Shown piece after piece: positions 11,504 through 21,699 of a stretch of DNA of 64,000 nt. The DNA comes from Eledone cirrhosa (Eukaryota), in contig OZ024740.1 of NCBI GenBank assembly GCA_964016885.1, forward strand, positions 414,842,001 through 414,906,000. Reading direction: 5' to 3'. Below the pieces are notes generated by a model. That model worked only from the letters and a program-made list of their open reading frames with translations. It was not told where the DNA came from and ran no database searches. Numbering within the stretch: the first letter of the stretch is position 1; every line of letters starts with the position of its first letter. A program made the position numbers and the translations under genes.

Positions 11504-12856
11504 ATGTGTTTGACTGGGGTGATTGGCAACATACTGAAAGAATACGAAACGCTGACGGGAGCAAAACTAAACCCAGACAAGTCTGTCGGTTTGCAACTCG
11601 GTACGTGGAGAGGCAAACCGATGACATCCGACAGCGTCGTTGGACGCTGGACGGACGGACCGGTGAAATTGCTCGGGGTCTGGTTCGGTCCAGACCTCCA
11701 GGTGGAGAAAAACTGGAACGAGGTCACGGCCAAGGTGTTTGCACTCACTCAAAAGTGGGCAGAGTGCAAACTGTCCTTGAAAGGTCGAGCGGAGGTGGCG
11801 AACACTTTCATAGCGTCCGTCATCTACTACCGCTTGACTGTCGTGCCTTGTCCCCGTGAACACCTCGCCAAGATGGAACGCATGCTCTTCCAGTTTCTGT
11901 GGAAGAAGCAGGCTCCGCTGGTGAGGAGATCCGTCTGCTGTCAGCACCCTTCCAACGGAGGGCTGGGAATGCCGTGGCTGATGATGCGCAAACATGCGCT
12001 GAGGCTGCGGCATCTCCAGGTATTCCTCACCGACCCCCAACCGGTGTGGGCACCGTTTGTGAGACAGGCTTTCCCACAGCTCGTCTCGCTAACGGAGCTG
12101 CAGTCCTGGGTGAAGAAAAGACCGAAAACGATGGGCGCCTGGCACATTGAATGCGCTCAGGCGCTCACAGTCCTCTGGCAAGCGGGCGCAGCAATCAGTG
12201 GAGACTCCACTTCGACATTCTATAGAGGGATTGTACGTTACAAGGGCGACGACGTGCTCGGAGAGACTCTGGGCGTCGAAGACGATGAGCTCACCAGTAT
12301 GTTTGGTAGGACTTTCCGCCTGGGACCTATGGACAACTTCCAGAGGTCCCTGGCCTGGCAGTGCTACCGAGGAGCTCTACCGGTTCGTGACAAGATCTAC
12401 AGGCACGGACGCCCTGGCAGGGATCCTTCCAAGAGGACGTGTCCAAGATGTGCGCAGGACATTGAAACAGTTCTGTACGCAATTGTACACTGCCCGGGCG
12501 TAAGCGACCTGTGGAACTATGCAGAACAACTGCTGTCGCGTATGGGACAAATACAGTTGACTGCCGAGTCCATAGTAAGGATCAAACCGCCAGACTCTTT
12601 CAAAAACGAAAGAGAGGCGGTTTTCCTCTGTACGGTGGCTATGGTGAAAGAAGTTATATGGTGGACGAGGTTGAGAGGACTGAGGACAGATGCCTTTCTC
12701 TCCGGACAACAATTGATTCCCTTCTTTAAGTATCACTTTAGAAGGAGAATCAGGGTGGAGAGAGAGGCACTGCACCCCAGTAAATTTACTGAAAGGTGGG
12801 TGAATGAAGCGAAAATGGCGCGAGTGATTGGGCCTTCTCTGTTTATAAGCCTGTAG
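11504..12856 (+). CDS. Tx1/L1-clade non-LTR retrotransposon ORF2, C-terminal 450 aa (end of RT, thumb, zf-RVT); 5'-truncated
   Basis: Uninterrupted ORF with GAKLNPDKS, VKLLGVWFG, LSLKGRAEVAN, GGLGMP, GALPV and the cysteine knuckle CPRC..DIETVLYAIVHC; GC/CpG-rich relative to flanks. The initiating ATG probably comes from flanking sequence. Confidence 0.9.
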   Translation: MCLTGVIGNILKEYETLTGAKLNPDKSVGLQLGTWRGKPMTSDSVVGRWTDGPVKLLGVWFGPDLQVEKNWNEVTAKVFALTQKWAECKLSLKGRAEVANTFIASVIYYRLTVVPCPREHLAKMERMLFQFLWKKQAPLVRRSVCCQHPSNGGLGMPWLMMRKHALRLRHLQVFLTDPQPVWAPFVRQAFPQLVSLTELQSWVKKRPKTMGAWHIECAQALTVLWQAGAAISGDSTSTFYRGIVRYKGDDVLGETLGVEDDELTSMFGRTFRLGPMDNFQRSLAWQCYRGALPVRDKIYRHGRPGRDPSKRTCPRCAQDIETVLYAIVHCPGVSDLWNYAEQLLSRMGQIQLTAESIVRIKPPDSFKNEREAVFLCTVAMVKEVIWWTRLRGLRTDAFLSGQQLIPFFKYHFRRRIRVEREALHPSKFTERWVNEAKMARVIGPSLFISL

Positions 12857-13090
12857 GTTGAGGAAGAGAGCAAAAGGAAGAAAGGAGCACTTGCACAACA
12901 CGCTCCTCAAGTTGAGGGTTGTTCTATCGACGGGGTATTAAACAACCCATTTGTGGCGCCTCCCCCTATTGGGGATTTCGATTGTTGAAATTGTTTGTTT
13001 TTATATTTTTTACACGACTGTATGTAAAATCCCCGGCATGTCTTTGTATTGTCCCCTTTCTTGTTGCGCCCTTGTGGCTAATAAAGAAAT
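11507..13090 (+). mobile_element. Tx1-like LINE copy including 3'UTR ending CCCTTGTGGCTAATAAAGAAAT
   Basis: ORF above plus a ~230-bp 3'UTR with AATAAA, followed directly by (CTAT)n. No TSD identified. Confidence 0.85.
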
Positions 13091-13224
13091 CTATCTATCT
13101 ATCTATATGTATATGTAGTTGAATGTAATGTGTTGGTGTAGTTGAATGGTATTCCATTATAAAAAACCGGAAGACTACCACAATTAAAGTAAGTCACTCA
13201 ATACATCAAATAACAAAAGTATAA

Positions 13225-13255
<31 letters not shown>

Positions 13256-13256
13256 G

Positions 13257-13810
13257 TCATCATCATCATCATAATTTAACGTCCATCTTCCACGCTTGCA
13301 TGAGTTTGAACGGGAGTTTTCCCACTTGAGGCAAGATTGGTTGTCTTGCTCGTATAGGACTGTCTGGTGGGTTTTCTATGGCTGGATGCCCTTCCTAACA
13401 CCAACCATGTTTACAGTGTGGACTGGGAGGTTTTTACCATGTTACCTACATGGCCACATTACAGCGTGGTCTGTGTTTTTTTTTTTTTGTGACACCTACA
13501 CGACCTCATTTATTTTGGACTGGATGTTGTGGTACCAACATAACTTTACATCGAAAGGGGTGGTGTGGATGGGGTGGGGGTAGTGGGACGGGGGTCTATT
13601 TTTGTTAGAGGTGCCTACTGACTGTAGGTTTCGCTTTGTACTTAGGCAAGGCGGGTCTTCTGTATTACTGTGTAACGCCAAAGATCTCGGTCCAGTGACA
13701 TTGTCTTGGAGAGGTGTAAGTGTGTGAGGTCGGAATTTATCAAGTCGTCCCAGGTTTTTCTGGGTCTGCCTACTCCGTGGCTACCGTCTATTTTTATCGC
13801 CCTGCACTTT
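13257..13810 (-). mobile_element. 5'-truncated RTE LINE, same family as 48218-49202
   Basis: KCRAIKIDGSHGVGRPRKTWDDLINSDLTHLHLSKTMSLDRDLWRY is nearly identical to the end of the 48259-48849 ORF; matching 3'UTR and (GAT)n tail. Confidence 0.92.
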
Positions 13811-14429
13811 TTTTTCTCTCTCTCCAAATATAAAATAAATCCTTTGCAAGTACGAAACTCAGAATTCGTCAACCCCCTTTTGTGTGTGTGTTTATATATA
13901 TATGAAACAGAAATTTCAAGCAAGCTACAAAACTCTGTTATATATATATTCACTTTATTTTCACTTACTGGATTACTCAAGTCAGAGCAGTAGATTAGCA
14001 GAATCAATTTAAATGCTTTGCTCCATTTAGTTAAAATGCAGCCGAGGCAAAATTTTCTTTTCATCCTTCTGGGTTTGATATATACCAGTCTATGGTCAAT
14101 TTAATTCACTACTCTATCTCTAAAGTTGTGTAGCCATGGGCCAATTTATAAAATCCTAATTTACTGAAGGTCTTTATCTGACCACTCACTCTTATTAAAT
14201 TTGTGCTTATCTCAAAAATCCTTATTTACCAGGCGAGGGGAGAGGTCAATCTTATTTATCTCCTCCCCAAGCACCTTGTGATGAGACTATGCCAGAAATT
14301 TGTATTTACCAAGAGTTAACTTTATATGACTGACACTTGCCCATAAAATTGAGTCCTTGTGTCTATGTCATAAATCCTAATTACTTACTTATATAGATTT
14401 ACTGTGATGTTTGGGTGTATTTCCTGCAG

Positions 14430-14527
14430 CATTATTAGAATGAATGATGTAAACAAAGATAATGTAATGACTCTTGTGACCTTGTTGCACTTTTCTATAA
14501 ACAAACAACATTTTGACTTGCTTCTTA
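14430..14527 (+). CDS. Candidate internal exon of an unidentified host gene
   Basis: Acceptor TTTCCTGCAG, open frame IIRMNDVNKDNVMTLVTLLHFSINKQHFDLLL, donor A|GTAAGA (phase 1). Confidence 0.35.
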
Positions 14528-15976
14528 GTAAGATCACGTATATTGTTTCAGTTAGAGATATAAGGCCTGGCAGCTGCAGGCAGTTAAAATGTGTTGATTT
14601 ATCTCAGACAGCACTGTTGCTGTCCAGCCCCAAATCAAATCTGATGGAATAGCCCCATGATTTAAAGCATTCCAGCCATGACCAAACTATCTATTTATAT
14701 AATCACTGAAGTGGTTGAGTGGCAGAAATATTTCAGTACTAGACAAATTAGCTCTGTATTCTGAGTTCAAGTTTTCATTCTTAGGTTGATAAAACAAACG
14801 CCAAGCATGAAATGGAGCCAATTCAATAGACTTTATTCATGCTGTTTTTTGAAGTTTTGATTGGTCTAGTGGGCATTTCATAGGTAAGATTTCTTATTTA
14901 GGGTCCTCTATGTTAGATTTGAGAGCAGAGATGGCTGAATGGTTAAGCTAGCTAATAGTTAGCAATTTGTATCTTGTCATGGGAACTTTACTGTGTCTGT
15001 AGGTAGAATCTAATTGTAAAGGGGCACATCGTTATCATCATTTATCAACAACTTGTACATGTATCAGGAATGATGACATATACTCCACATGTTCTGTTCT
15101 ATGATCTCTGTTCTAGATTCATAAACAATCATGGTACCACAATCCTACATCAAGCCATCATGAATGTTACAAATAGTGCCTAACATGTTGTAGCCATCTT
15201 CCTGTTATACAGTTAATCAACTAAAGGGAAGTCCCCAGCATATCATAGTCACCTTCCTACTATTTTGTTAATTAATTAGGGGGGTGTTCTTTTAAAGTGG
15301 CCTACTGGTTACTGTCTACATCTAGTTGATAATGAAGGCTATTTGAGTATCTGAGTATTGCAGCCACTGAGGTACTTGGACATGGACCTAGGCTTCAAAT
15401 TTCACATCCATAAAAGTGGAATGTTTTGATTATTGCTATGAAGATTGTCTGGAACAACTTGTCAGTCTTTGTAGTAGTGTGAGTACTGTAAAACTGATGT
15501 TAATGATGATGATGGTTTGTTAGCTTGTAGTGTTGAGTTCAACTCTGGCTTACCTCCTTTGAGAAGGCAATGAGAAACCACTTTATAGTCATCTTGCTTA
15601 GAATTACTACATGAAGACCAGTCCTGTAGCATCTTAAAACCAATGATGATGATGATGACAATGTTCGCATATAACATTGGTAATACCATGCTATAAGGAA
15701 TTTAGTTCAGATATATCAAGGCACATTGTCAGTGTCTTGTAAGATTTGTTGAATTACTTCATTAAATAATCTTATTATTTCTGATTTATTTTTTTTGTTT
15801 TTGAGAGGTGATTTTGGTATTCATAGTCTTTCTTTTAGGTTGGTTTTAGTTTCCATGGTATCAATACAATTGTTGTTATTGTTGTTGCATTTGTTGTAAT
15901 ATTGCAGTACTGTCAGTTAAAGATAAGTCTGTTATCCATTACTGAATCCACTCCCAATAAGATAGACAATCTTTAC

Positions 15977-16009
<33 letters not shown>

Positions 16010-16607
16010 CAGAGAGAGCGAGAGATAGATAGAGAGAGAGAGAGAAAGAAAGAGAGGGGGAGATATGAAGAGATTGACATATACACAAATGTACATGCGT
16101 AGAGATAAAGTGAAAGATGAAGACTTTTAAACACACACATACATTGATGCCAGAGGGAAGGTGGGGGAGAGAGAGGAGGTTATATGGCAGAGGTGATGTG
16201 ATGGGATAATTTTCATAAATGTGAATGTGGAGGTTGTGTTAAGATAGATTAAAGTACTAATGGAAGAAAGAAAACAAAAGTTGACAGCAGGAAAATGGAG
16301 TCGTATTATAACACAGCCAGAAGAATGGCGAAAAATTATTCTGGAAAGAGAGGAAAGACCTTTACCTTCTGTTTATTTCTCATCTGGCATTTCTGACATA
16401 CTATTCTCTCCCTTTTCCTTCAATTTATCTATTTATCACTATCTCAATAATTATTCAAATGTGTCATCTTCTTAGCAATATCATCCAACTGCAATAATCA
16501 TAAGCTTCTATTTATATTGGCATTGAAAATAAGATGTAGGAGATTGGTGGATAAGGTAGTGCTACTAACTCACAGTTCCAAGGTTAGTAGCTTCACCTCT
16601 TGGTGAA

Positions 16608-16772
16608 GGGTCGGATGCCATGCTTTGATGTATAGAGTTATGGCCCTTGCCATTCTGAGTTCAAATCCCGCCGAGGTTAACTTTGCCTTTCATCCTTACG
16701 GGGTCGATAAAATAAAGTACCAGTAATGCACTGGATAATTGCTGGCCTTGTGCCAAAAGTAGAAACAATTAT
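16608..16772 (+). mobile_element. tRNA-derived SINE with Meta-like core
   Basis: CTGAGTTCAAATCCCGCCGAGGTTAACTTTGCCTTTCATCCTTACGGGGTCGATAAAATAAAGTACCAGT...TTGCTGGCCTTGTGCCAAAAGTAGAAACAATT, near-identical to 26429-26621. Confidence 0.85.
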
Positions 16773-17635
16773 AATATATCCATAACAAGGAGCCTAACTC
16801 TGTTTACTTGTCTGACATCCCCTACCACCACCACAAAAAAGTAACAACGAAAACAAAACAAAAAAAGAGAGCACTATTTCTACTTTAAGATCAAATAATT
16901 AGCAGTTGTTGGAATAGAGTAGATGAGAAGAACTGCACTTGTAAGTAAAACAATCTAACCTATGTAACTGCTGACTCTGGCTGGAAAATTCCCCAGTACA
17001 AAGCAACAAGTGATTCTCAAATAAAAATATTTTTGCCGTCTTGTCTGCAGGGCGCAGCATTTCTGCCCTCTTACCCTAGGCCCAAAACTCAATCACCCTA
17101 CCCCTTCACCCCTCTTCTCTCTTCTGCGACACCAGAGCTCTTGCCACCCCTTTCCTGTTCTTTTTCTTCTTTCTTTCTCTATATTTCCCTATTTTTTCTT
17201 TCCTTTTGTTTCCCTTTTTGTTTTATTATAGCCGTCATTATAGTTGTCATCATTATTATTATTATTGTAAATGACATCATGTTTATACAGTTTTTATCAT
17301 AAATAAATTTTCTTTAATTTAAAAAAAGAAAATGTACTACTCTCACATCTGATAGAATGCTACAGTTATACATACAAAAACTCTTAACTGGATCTAATAA
17401 CCCTCACCCCCCTAGATAACAACACTGCAATATTTAGCCCACAGACATGCTGATTTTATCACTACTACAATGGCATCTGTTCTTCTAAACTATCTAGTTG
17501 CATACCATCTCCACCAAAGCCCACCTGGCTGACTCATCACTTTTCCTCATCATTCATATACTGTTGCTATCTTTCCCCTGTACTAATCATTACATTTATT
17601 CCTTTTCCAGAATACCGGCCTTCAAGAATTCCTTT

Positions 17636-17812
17636 CATCATCATCTTCGTTTAACATCCATCTTCCACGCTAGCATGGGTTAGATGGGAGTTGTCCCACC
17701 TGAGGCAAGGTTGGTCGGGTGACCGTGTTTCACTCATATAGGACTATCTGGCAGGCTTTCTACGGCTGGATGCCCTTCCTAACACCAACCACATTTATAA
17801 TGTCGAACTGGG
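17636..17812 (-). mobile_element. RTE-type 3' tail fragment
   Basis: (CAT)n, TTTAACATCCATCTTCCACGC and GGCTGGATGCCCTTCCTAACACCAACC match the 13257 and 48218 copies. Confidence 0.8.
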
Positions 17813-18281
17813 CTTTCCGCGATATATTTATCCATGACTAGAAACTGTTCAAGAGGAATTGTAACCATGTCACTGACTCTGGTCTTGGAGAACTTGGGAG
17901 GGCTATGGGTACAACCCTTTCTTCCAGATCAATGAGGGAACTCCTATGTAGTTGTTTGGACTGCTATAAATAGCAGCCAACTCTCCCTCAAATAAATACC
18001 CCCCCCCCCCTGCTTTATAAAAGGATGGACATGTTGGATAGAGTAGCCTAAGATAAGAAGTAACTGAAAAAAAATGGTGTGATGATCAAAGCTAGAATGC
18101 TTTTGATCATAGATCTATTTGAACAGGGTTGCATTGGTGCTAAACAACAGCTAGAGCAGAGGATATATATTTAGATAAGAATTCTTCCAGCTTTGTATGA
18201 TATATAATAGAACCAAATTCTGTCTTTTATTTCCAACACATTCTCTGATACTTACTAAATCTCTTATTCGATTCTTTCAAG

Positions 18282-18388
18282 ACAAAGTTGTTTTGCATTT
18301 GATTGGGAGTGAAAGCTGTCATATTCTGTCAGTTGTAATTAATCTTACAAGATGTTCTCATTCTGATAAACTCATGCTATTTTATTGA
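18282..18388 (+). CDS. Candidate exon, phase-compatible with 14430-14527
   Basis: Acceptor TTCTTTCAAG; splicing from the 14527 donor gives FDLLL-N-KVVLHLIGSESCHILSVVINLTRCSHSDKLMLFY*. Confidence 0.25.
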
Positions 18389-18538
18389 ACTAGTTGAGAT
18401 AATTATTAGCAGACTAGTTTCTAGGAGCCCTTCATACTGCTGATTCTGGAATAAGGTAATGTGAGAACCTCTACAGGGTCACATGGTTTGCTAGAAATAG
18501 CAGATAAATCTCTTTCAAATAATGTTCTGCCATATTAA

Positions 18539-18759
18539 CCCTTTAGCATTAAAACCGGCTGTACATGACCAGGATTCTCCCACCCCTTTCTGTTCAAACC
18601 GGCTGTAACTGGCCACTCATACTTATGTTAAGGTATTGTTCTCAAAATAAATAATATCAAGATCTCATAGATTCGATATTATGTACAATAATTATGTGAG
18701 GTAAAGCCTTTACCACAAAAATATAATAGTATATATAGAGTAATGTAAATGGTAAAGGG
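18539..18759. mobile_element. piggyBac-type MITE
   Basis: TTAA TSDs at 18535-18538 and 18760-18763; TIRs CCCTTTAGCATT ... AATGGTAAAGGG (11/12 match). Confidence 0.85.
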
Positions 18760-18770
18760 TTAAAAAGGGA

Positions 18771-18798
18771 AGATAGTCCTTGTGGCCAATAAAGAAAT
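18771..18798 (+). mobile_element. 28-bp 3' stub of the Tx1-like LINE with 15-bp TSD
   Basis: CCTTGTGGCCAATAAAGAAAT matches the 3' end at ~13070-13090. Flanked by CATATTAAAAAGGGA at 18799-18813 and by the same 15-mer on the left once the MITE is removed. Confidence 0.75.
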
Positions 18799-19002
18799 CA
18801 TATTAAAAAGGGACTACATTGTTTAGAGACACTATCAGAAAACAAGACAGGATAGCTGAAACACCTTAGGCATAGGTCTACTAGATCTAACTAAGATGAA
18901 ACAACAGCAATAGCTCAAGAAGTAGGGTAAATGTTGCTGTTGCAATCACTCTTGAAAATAACTCACTTTCTTTATATTTCATTATGACCACCTTATAGGG
19001 AA

Positions 19003-19115
19003 GACTGGGTGCTTTTGTCATAGCACCATCATGACCACCTTACAGAGTCGACTGGGTGCTTCTGTTATAGCACCAACATGACCACCGTACAGAGTGGACT
19101 GGGTGCATTTTATCA
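19003..19115. repeat. ~47-bp tandem repeat (2-3 units) related to the 4478-4840 array
   Basis: GACTGGGTGC recurs at 19003, 19050, 19097 with CATGACCACC.TACAGAGT between. Confidence 0.7.
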
Positions 19116-19178
19116 TGCTCTCAGTAAAATCTCATTATGAAATTTGGATGGATGCTCATTATGTTCTTGCTCTAGCTA

Positions 19179-19520
19179 TCATCATCTCATCATCTCATTT
19201 TACGTCCACTTTTCCCTGCTTGCAAGGGTGGGACGGGAACTGATTCTGGCTTGATTTCTACAGCTGGATGCCCTTCCTAACACCAACCTCATTTACAGTG
19301 AGTGCAGGGTGCTTTTTTGCCGTGGCACCTCCACGACCACTTTGCAGTGGAATGATAGGGACCCCAGTCCCTATCATCTCATTTCTACAGCTGAGTAAAC
19401 TGGAGCAATGTGGAATAAAGTGTCTTGCTCAAGGAAACAACACATCACCCGGTCTGAGAATTGAACTCACAACCTTTCGATTGCAAGGCCAATGCTCTAA
19501 CCACTAAGCCACGTGCCTCC
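19179..19520 (-). mobile_element. Full-length tRNA-derived CORE-type SINE with RTE-derived 3' tail
   Basis: Minus strand: A box TGGCTTAGTGG, B box GAGTTCAATTC, core CCTTGAGCAAGACACTTT (cf. MIR core CCTTGGGCAAG..ACTT), then AGGAAGGGCATCCAGCTGTAGAAA and GGACGTAAAATGA tail shared with the RTE 3'UTR. Confidence 0.85.
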
Positions 19521-19542
19521 ATATATATATATATATACATAT

Positions 19543-20151
19543 GGTGGCTGCCAACTCGTTTTCGAGTACGGCCACTACTTCATATCCATGTAGGAGAACC
19601 CCTACTGATGCGCTGAACGAGTATGAGTTTTTAGTCCAGCCAGCGACTTGAAAACTCTGGTACAAATACTGCACTTGTGACAATTATTGGCACATAGTGC
19701 TGGGCCCATGGAACCATGTGACGACAAGTGCAGAGAGATCTCCAGATATAAAGCAATGCCTGTGCCGTGAAGCTTTTATAGTGAGCAAAGGCACTGCACA
19801 AAGCCAGTTCCACTCTCTTAACCAAGATGATATTTACCAAAAAGAAGAACAAGTCAACATCATTGGATACCATCAGGGTTGCAGGTGTTATATCAGAGTT
19901 TTCCTTCTCCTAGAATTCTGCCTTGACAAAGGCTAAGGGGTCATCTCTCCCGGTGATTTTGGATGGCCATTGACTCTTAAGAGCTCCTTTGCCCTTTGAC
20001 AGGTTTTGTTTTTAGTCCTTGTTTAGTGCTACTAGTAACATGTATCCCAGTACAACCTGTTCCATGGTCGGGTCGTTGGCGACTAAACTGGCAACCCCAC
20101 CAAGGTTTCTTGGTGAGGAAGGTGACTTTGGACATCCTGCAGGACTAAAAA
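19543..20151 (-). mobile_element. Internally deleted (bipartite) non-autonomous RTE element in a (TA)n tract
   Basis: Minus strand has the RTE 5'-region motif CTAGGAGAAGGAAAACTCTGA (motif recalled from memory), then the ORF2 C-terminal C2H2 finger CHKCSICTRVFKSLAGLKTHTRSAHQ* and a 3' stem-loop ACTCG-AAAA-CGAGT. (TA)-rich flanks on both sides. Confidence 0.7.
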
Positions 20152-20166
20152 CATATATACATATAC

Positions 20167-20197
<31 letters not shown>

Positions 20198-20224
20198 TAT
20201 ATATATACATATATTAATTCAAAA

Positions 20225-20280
20225 TATTAACAAATTTCAGAGGTACTGAGTTAACTTCAACAGTACGTCCTCATCAGATA
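20225..20280 (-). ncRNA. Degenerate hammerhead-ribozyme-like motif
   Basis: Minus: CTGATGA - stem II GGACGTACTG/CAGTACCTCT (9 of 10 pairs) - GAAA - TTTGTT. Stems I and III are weak. Confidence 0.4.
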
Positions 20281-20394
20281 AAATAAGATGATGCATTACA
20301 TACCCTGACATAGTAGATGGTTAAGATTCAGTCATTCCAATCTATTGTAAAACTCATTCTTTGATTTATTCATTGAACCTTGTTTAACTTTTAA

Positions 20395-20428
<34 letters not shown>

Positions 20429-20433
<5 letters not shown>

Positions 20434-20622
20434 AAAAAGTATGACCCCGACGGCAGAGCTCAAACCGTTTCGACGGCTATTTCAGTCCAGAAATAGCCGT
20501 CGAAACGGCTTGAGCTCTGCCATCAGGGTGTCATACTTTTTCCTATTTCCCACTCTACTACCCTAAGTATTGAGTACTCTGGTGCGTTATGGTCCATCTG
20601 GTTCCTTACCACAATTCCTTTG

Positions 20623-20624
<2 letters not shown>
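20429..20624. mobile_element. Fold-back hairpin element carrying the 3' half of a type I hammerhead on both arms; (TA)n flanks
   Basis: Inverted repeat 20429-20483 / 20490-20546 with a 6-nt loop. Each strand reads stem II - GAAA - stem III (ACGGY..GCCRT) - C. A ~78-nt unique tail is followed by (TA)n. Confidence 0.65.
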
Positions 20625-20687
<63 letters not shown>

Positions 20688-20699
20688 TATATATATTTA

Positions 20700-20924
20700 C
20701 AGTCTGTTTTCTTTTTATGCAAACTTGAAGTACGCGAATTCCCTTTAATGCCTCTTGAAAAAATATTTTAAAAATTCACTTTGTGTGAATAACATACTAT
20801 AATGCGTGTGGTTTTTAATTTTTTTATTCAGCAGAAATATAATATACATTAGAATTGAATTACGCGAATTTGCTTTACGTGCCACGCTCACGTATATATC
20901 TTTGCATAAAAAGCGAACAGACTG
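20700..20924. mobile_element. Tc1/mariner-superfamily (pogo/Tigger-like) MITE
   Basis: TIRs CAGTCTGTTTTCTTTTTATGCAAA ... TTTGCATAAAAAGCGAACAGACTG (22/24), TA on both sides. Confidence 0.85.
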
Positions 20925-21114
20925 TATATATATATATATACACAAAGAGTAGATATATATACATACAAAGAGTAGAGAGGACTCTTTAGTCTGATAAGAC
21001 AACCTCTCTTGTGCTGGTGGCACAAATGATGCACCCAGCTATAAACTGGTCAGTGATAGGAAGGGCACCCAGCCAGTAAAACCTTGCCAAAAATATGCAA
21101 ATATGAAAACTGAC

Positions 21115-21175
21115 TAACTGCCTGATGAGGTCATAGCCATTCAATGGCTATCATCGAAAGAAATATATATTTTTG
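21115..21175 (+). ncRNA. Hammerhead-like core with long stem II (partial)
   Basis: CTGATGA (21122-21128) - GGTCATAGCCAT/TCA/ATGGCTATCATC (11 of 12 pairs) - GAAA (21156-21159). No convincing stem I or NUH. Confidence 0.35.
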
Positions 21176-21699
21176 TAAATAAGACAATAGAACCGTGTGG
21201 AAATGGAAGCACCAATTGAAACATAAGTTTTAAATCTCCGAAGCCGTTTATGAAAGTATTGAAGAAGACAAGAAAACACACTTCGATCTTCCGACGTGGA
21301 AGAGGCTCCAATCAGAAGAAACCGTCACCGAATCATCATTTTTCTTACCTGTTGTACAAACCTGGCCGGACACAGAACACTGAACAAACATTCTAATAGT
21401 TCTATAGAGTTATGAAATAATACAAATGAATAAGCCATAGATGACGAACATCATTAAGTAATGTCAGTTTCATGAGGAGATAAAACACCTCCATCCTTTT
21501 GAAGAAATAAAAAAAAAAAAATGAGTATAAATCCTGGAAAACTGTAAGTCCGGTATTGAAAAAAAAAAAAAATCACACGGGATTGACACTCCAAATTCAC
21601 TATTCTCCTTTCACTTTGCTCCACTTTTCAAATTAAATGACACGACGGTTCAGTTTTATTCAAATATTGTAAGCGCGTCCATTGAGAATATCGTCTATG

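Noticed and set aside
11494-12910. Overlapping and antisense ORFs over the Tx1 element; likewise over 21826-24850 and 48273-48773
   Set aside because: Shadow ORFs of GC-rich retroelement coding sequence with no recognisable motifs.
20429-20546. Hairpin as a pre-miRNA, or mismatches as selected G-U pairs on the minus strand
   Set aside because: Too few sites, and transitions including CpG decay explain them; the hammerhead-half and fold-back explanation accounts for more features.
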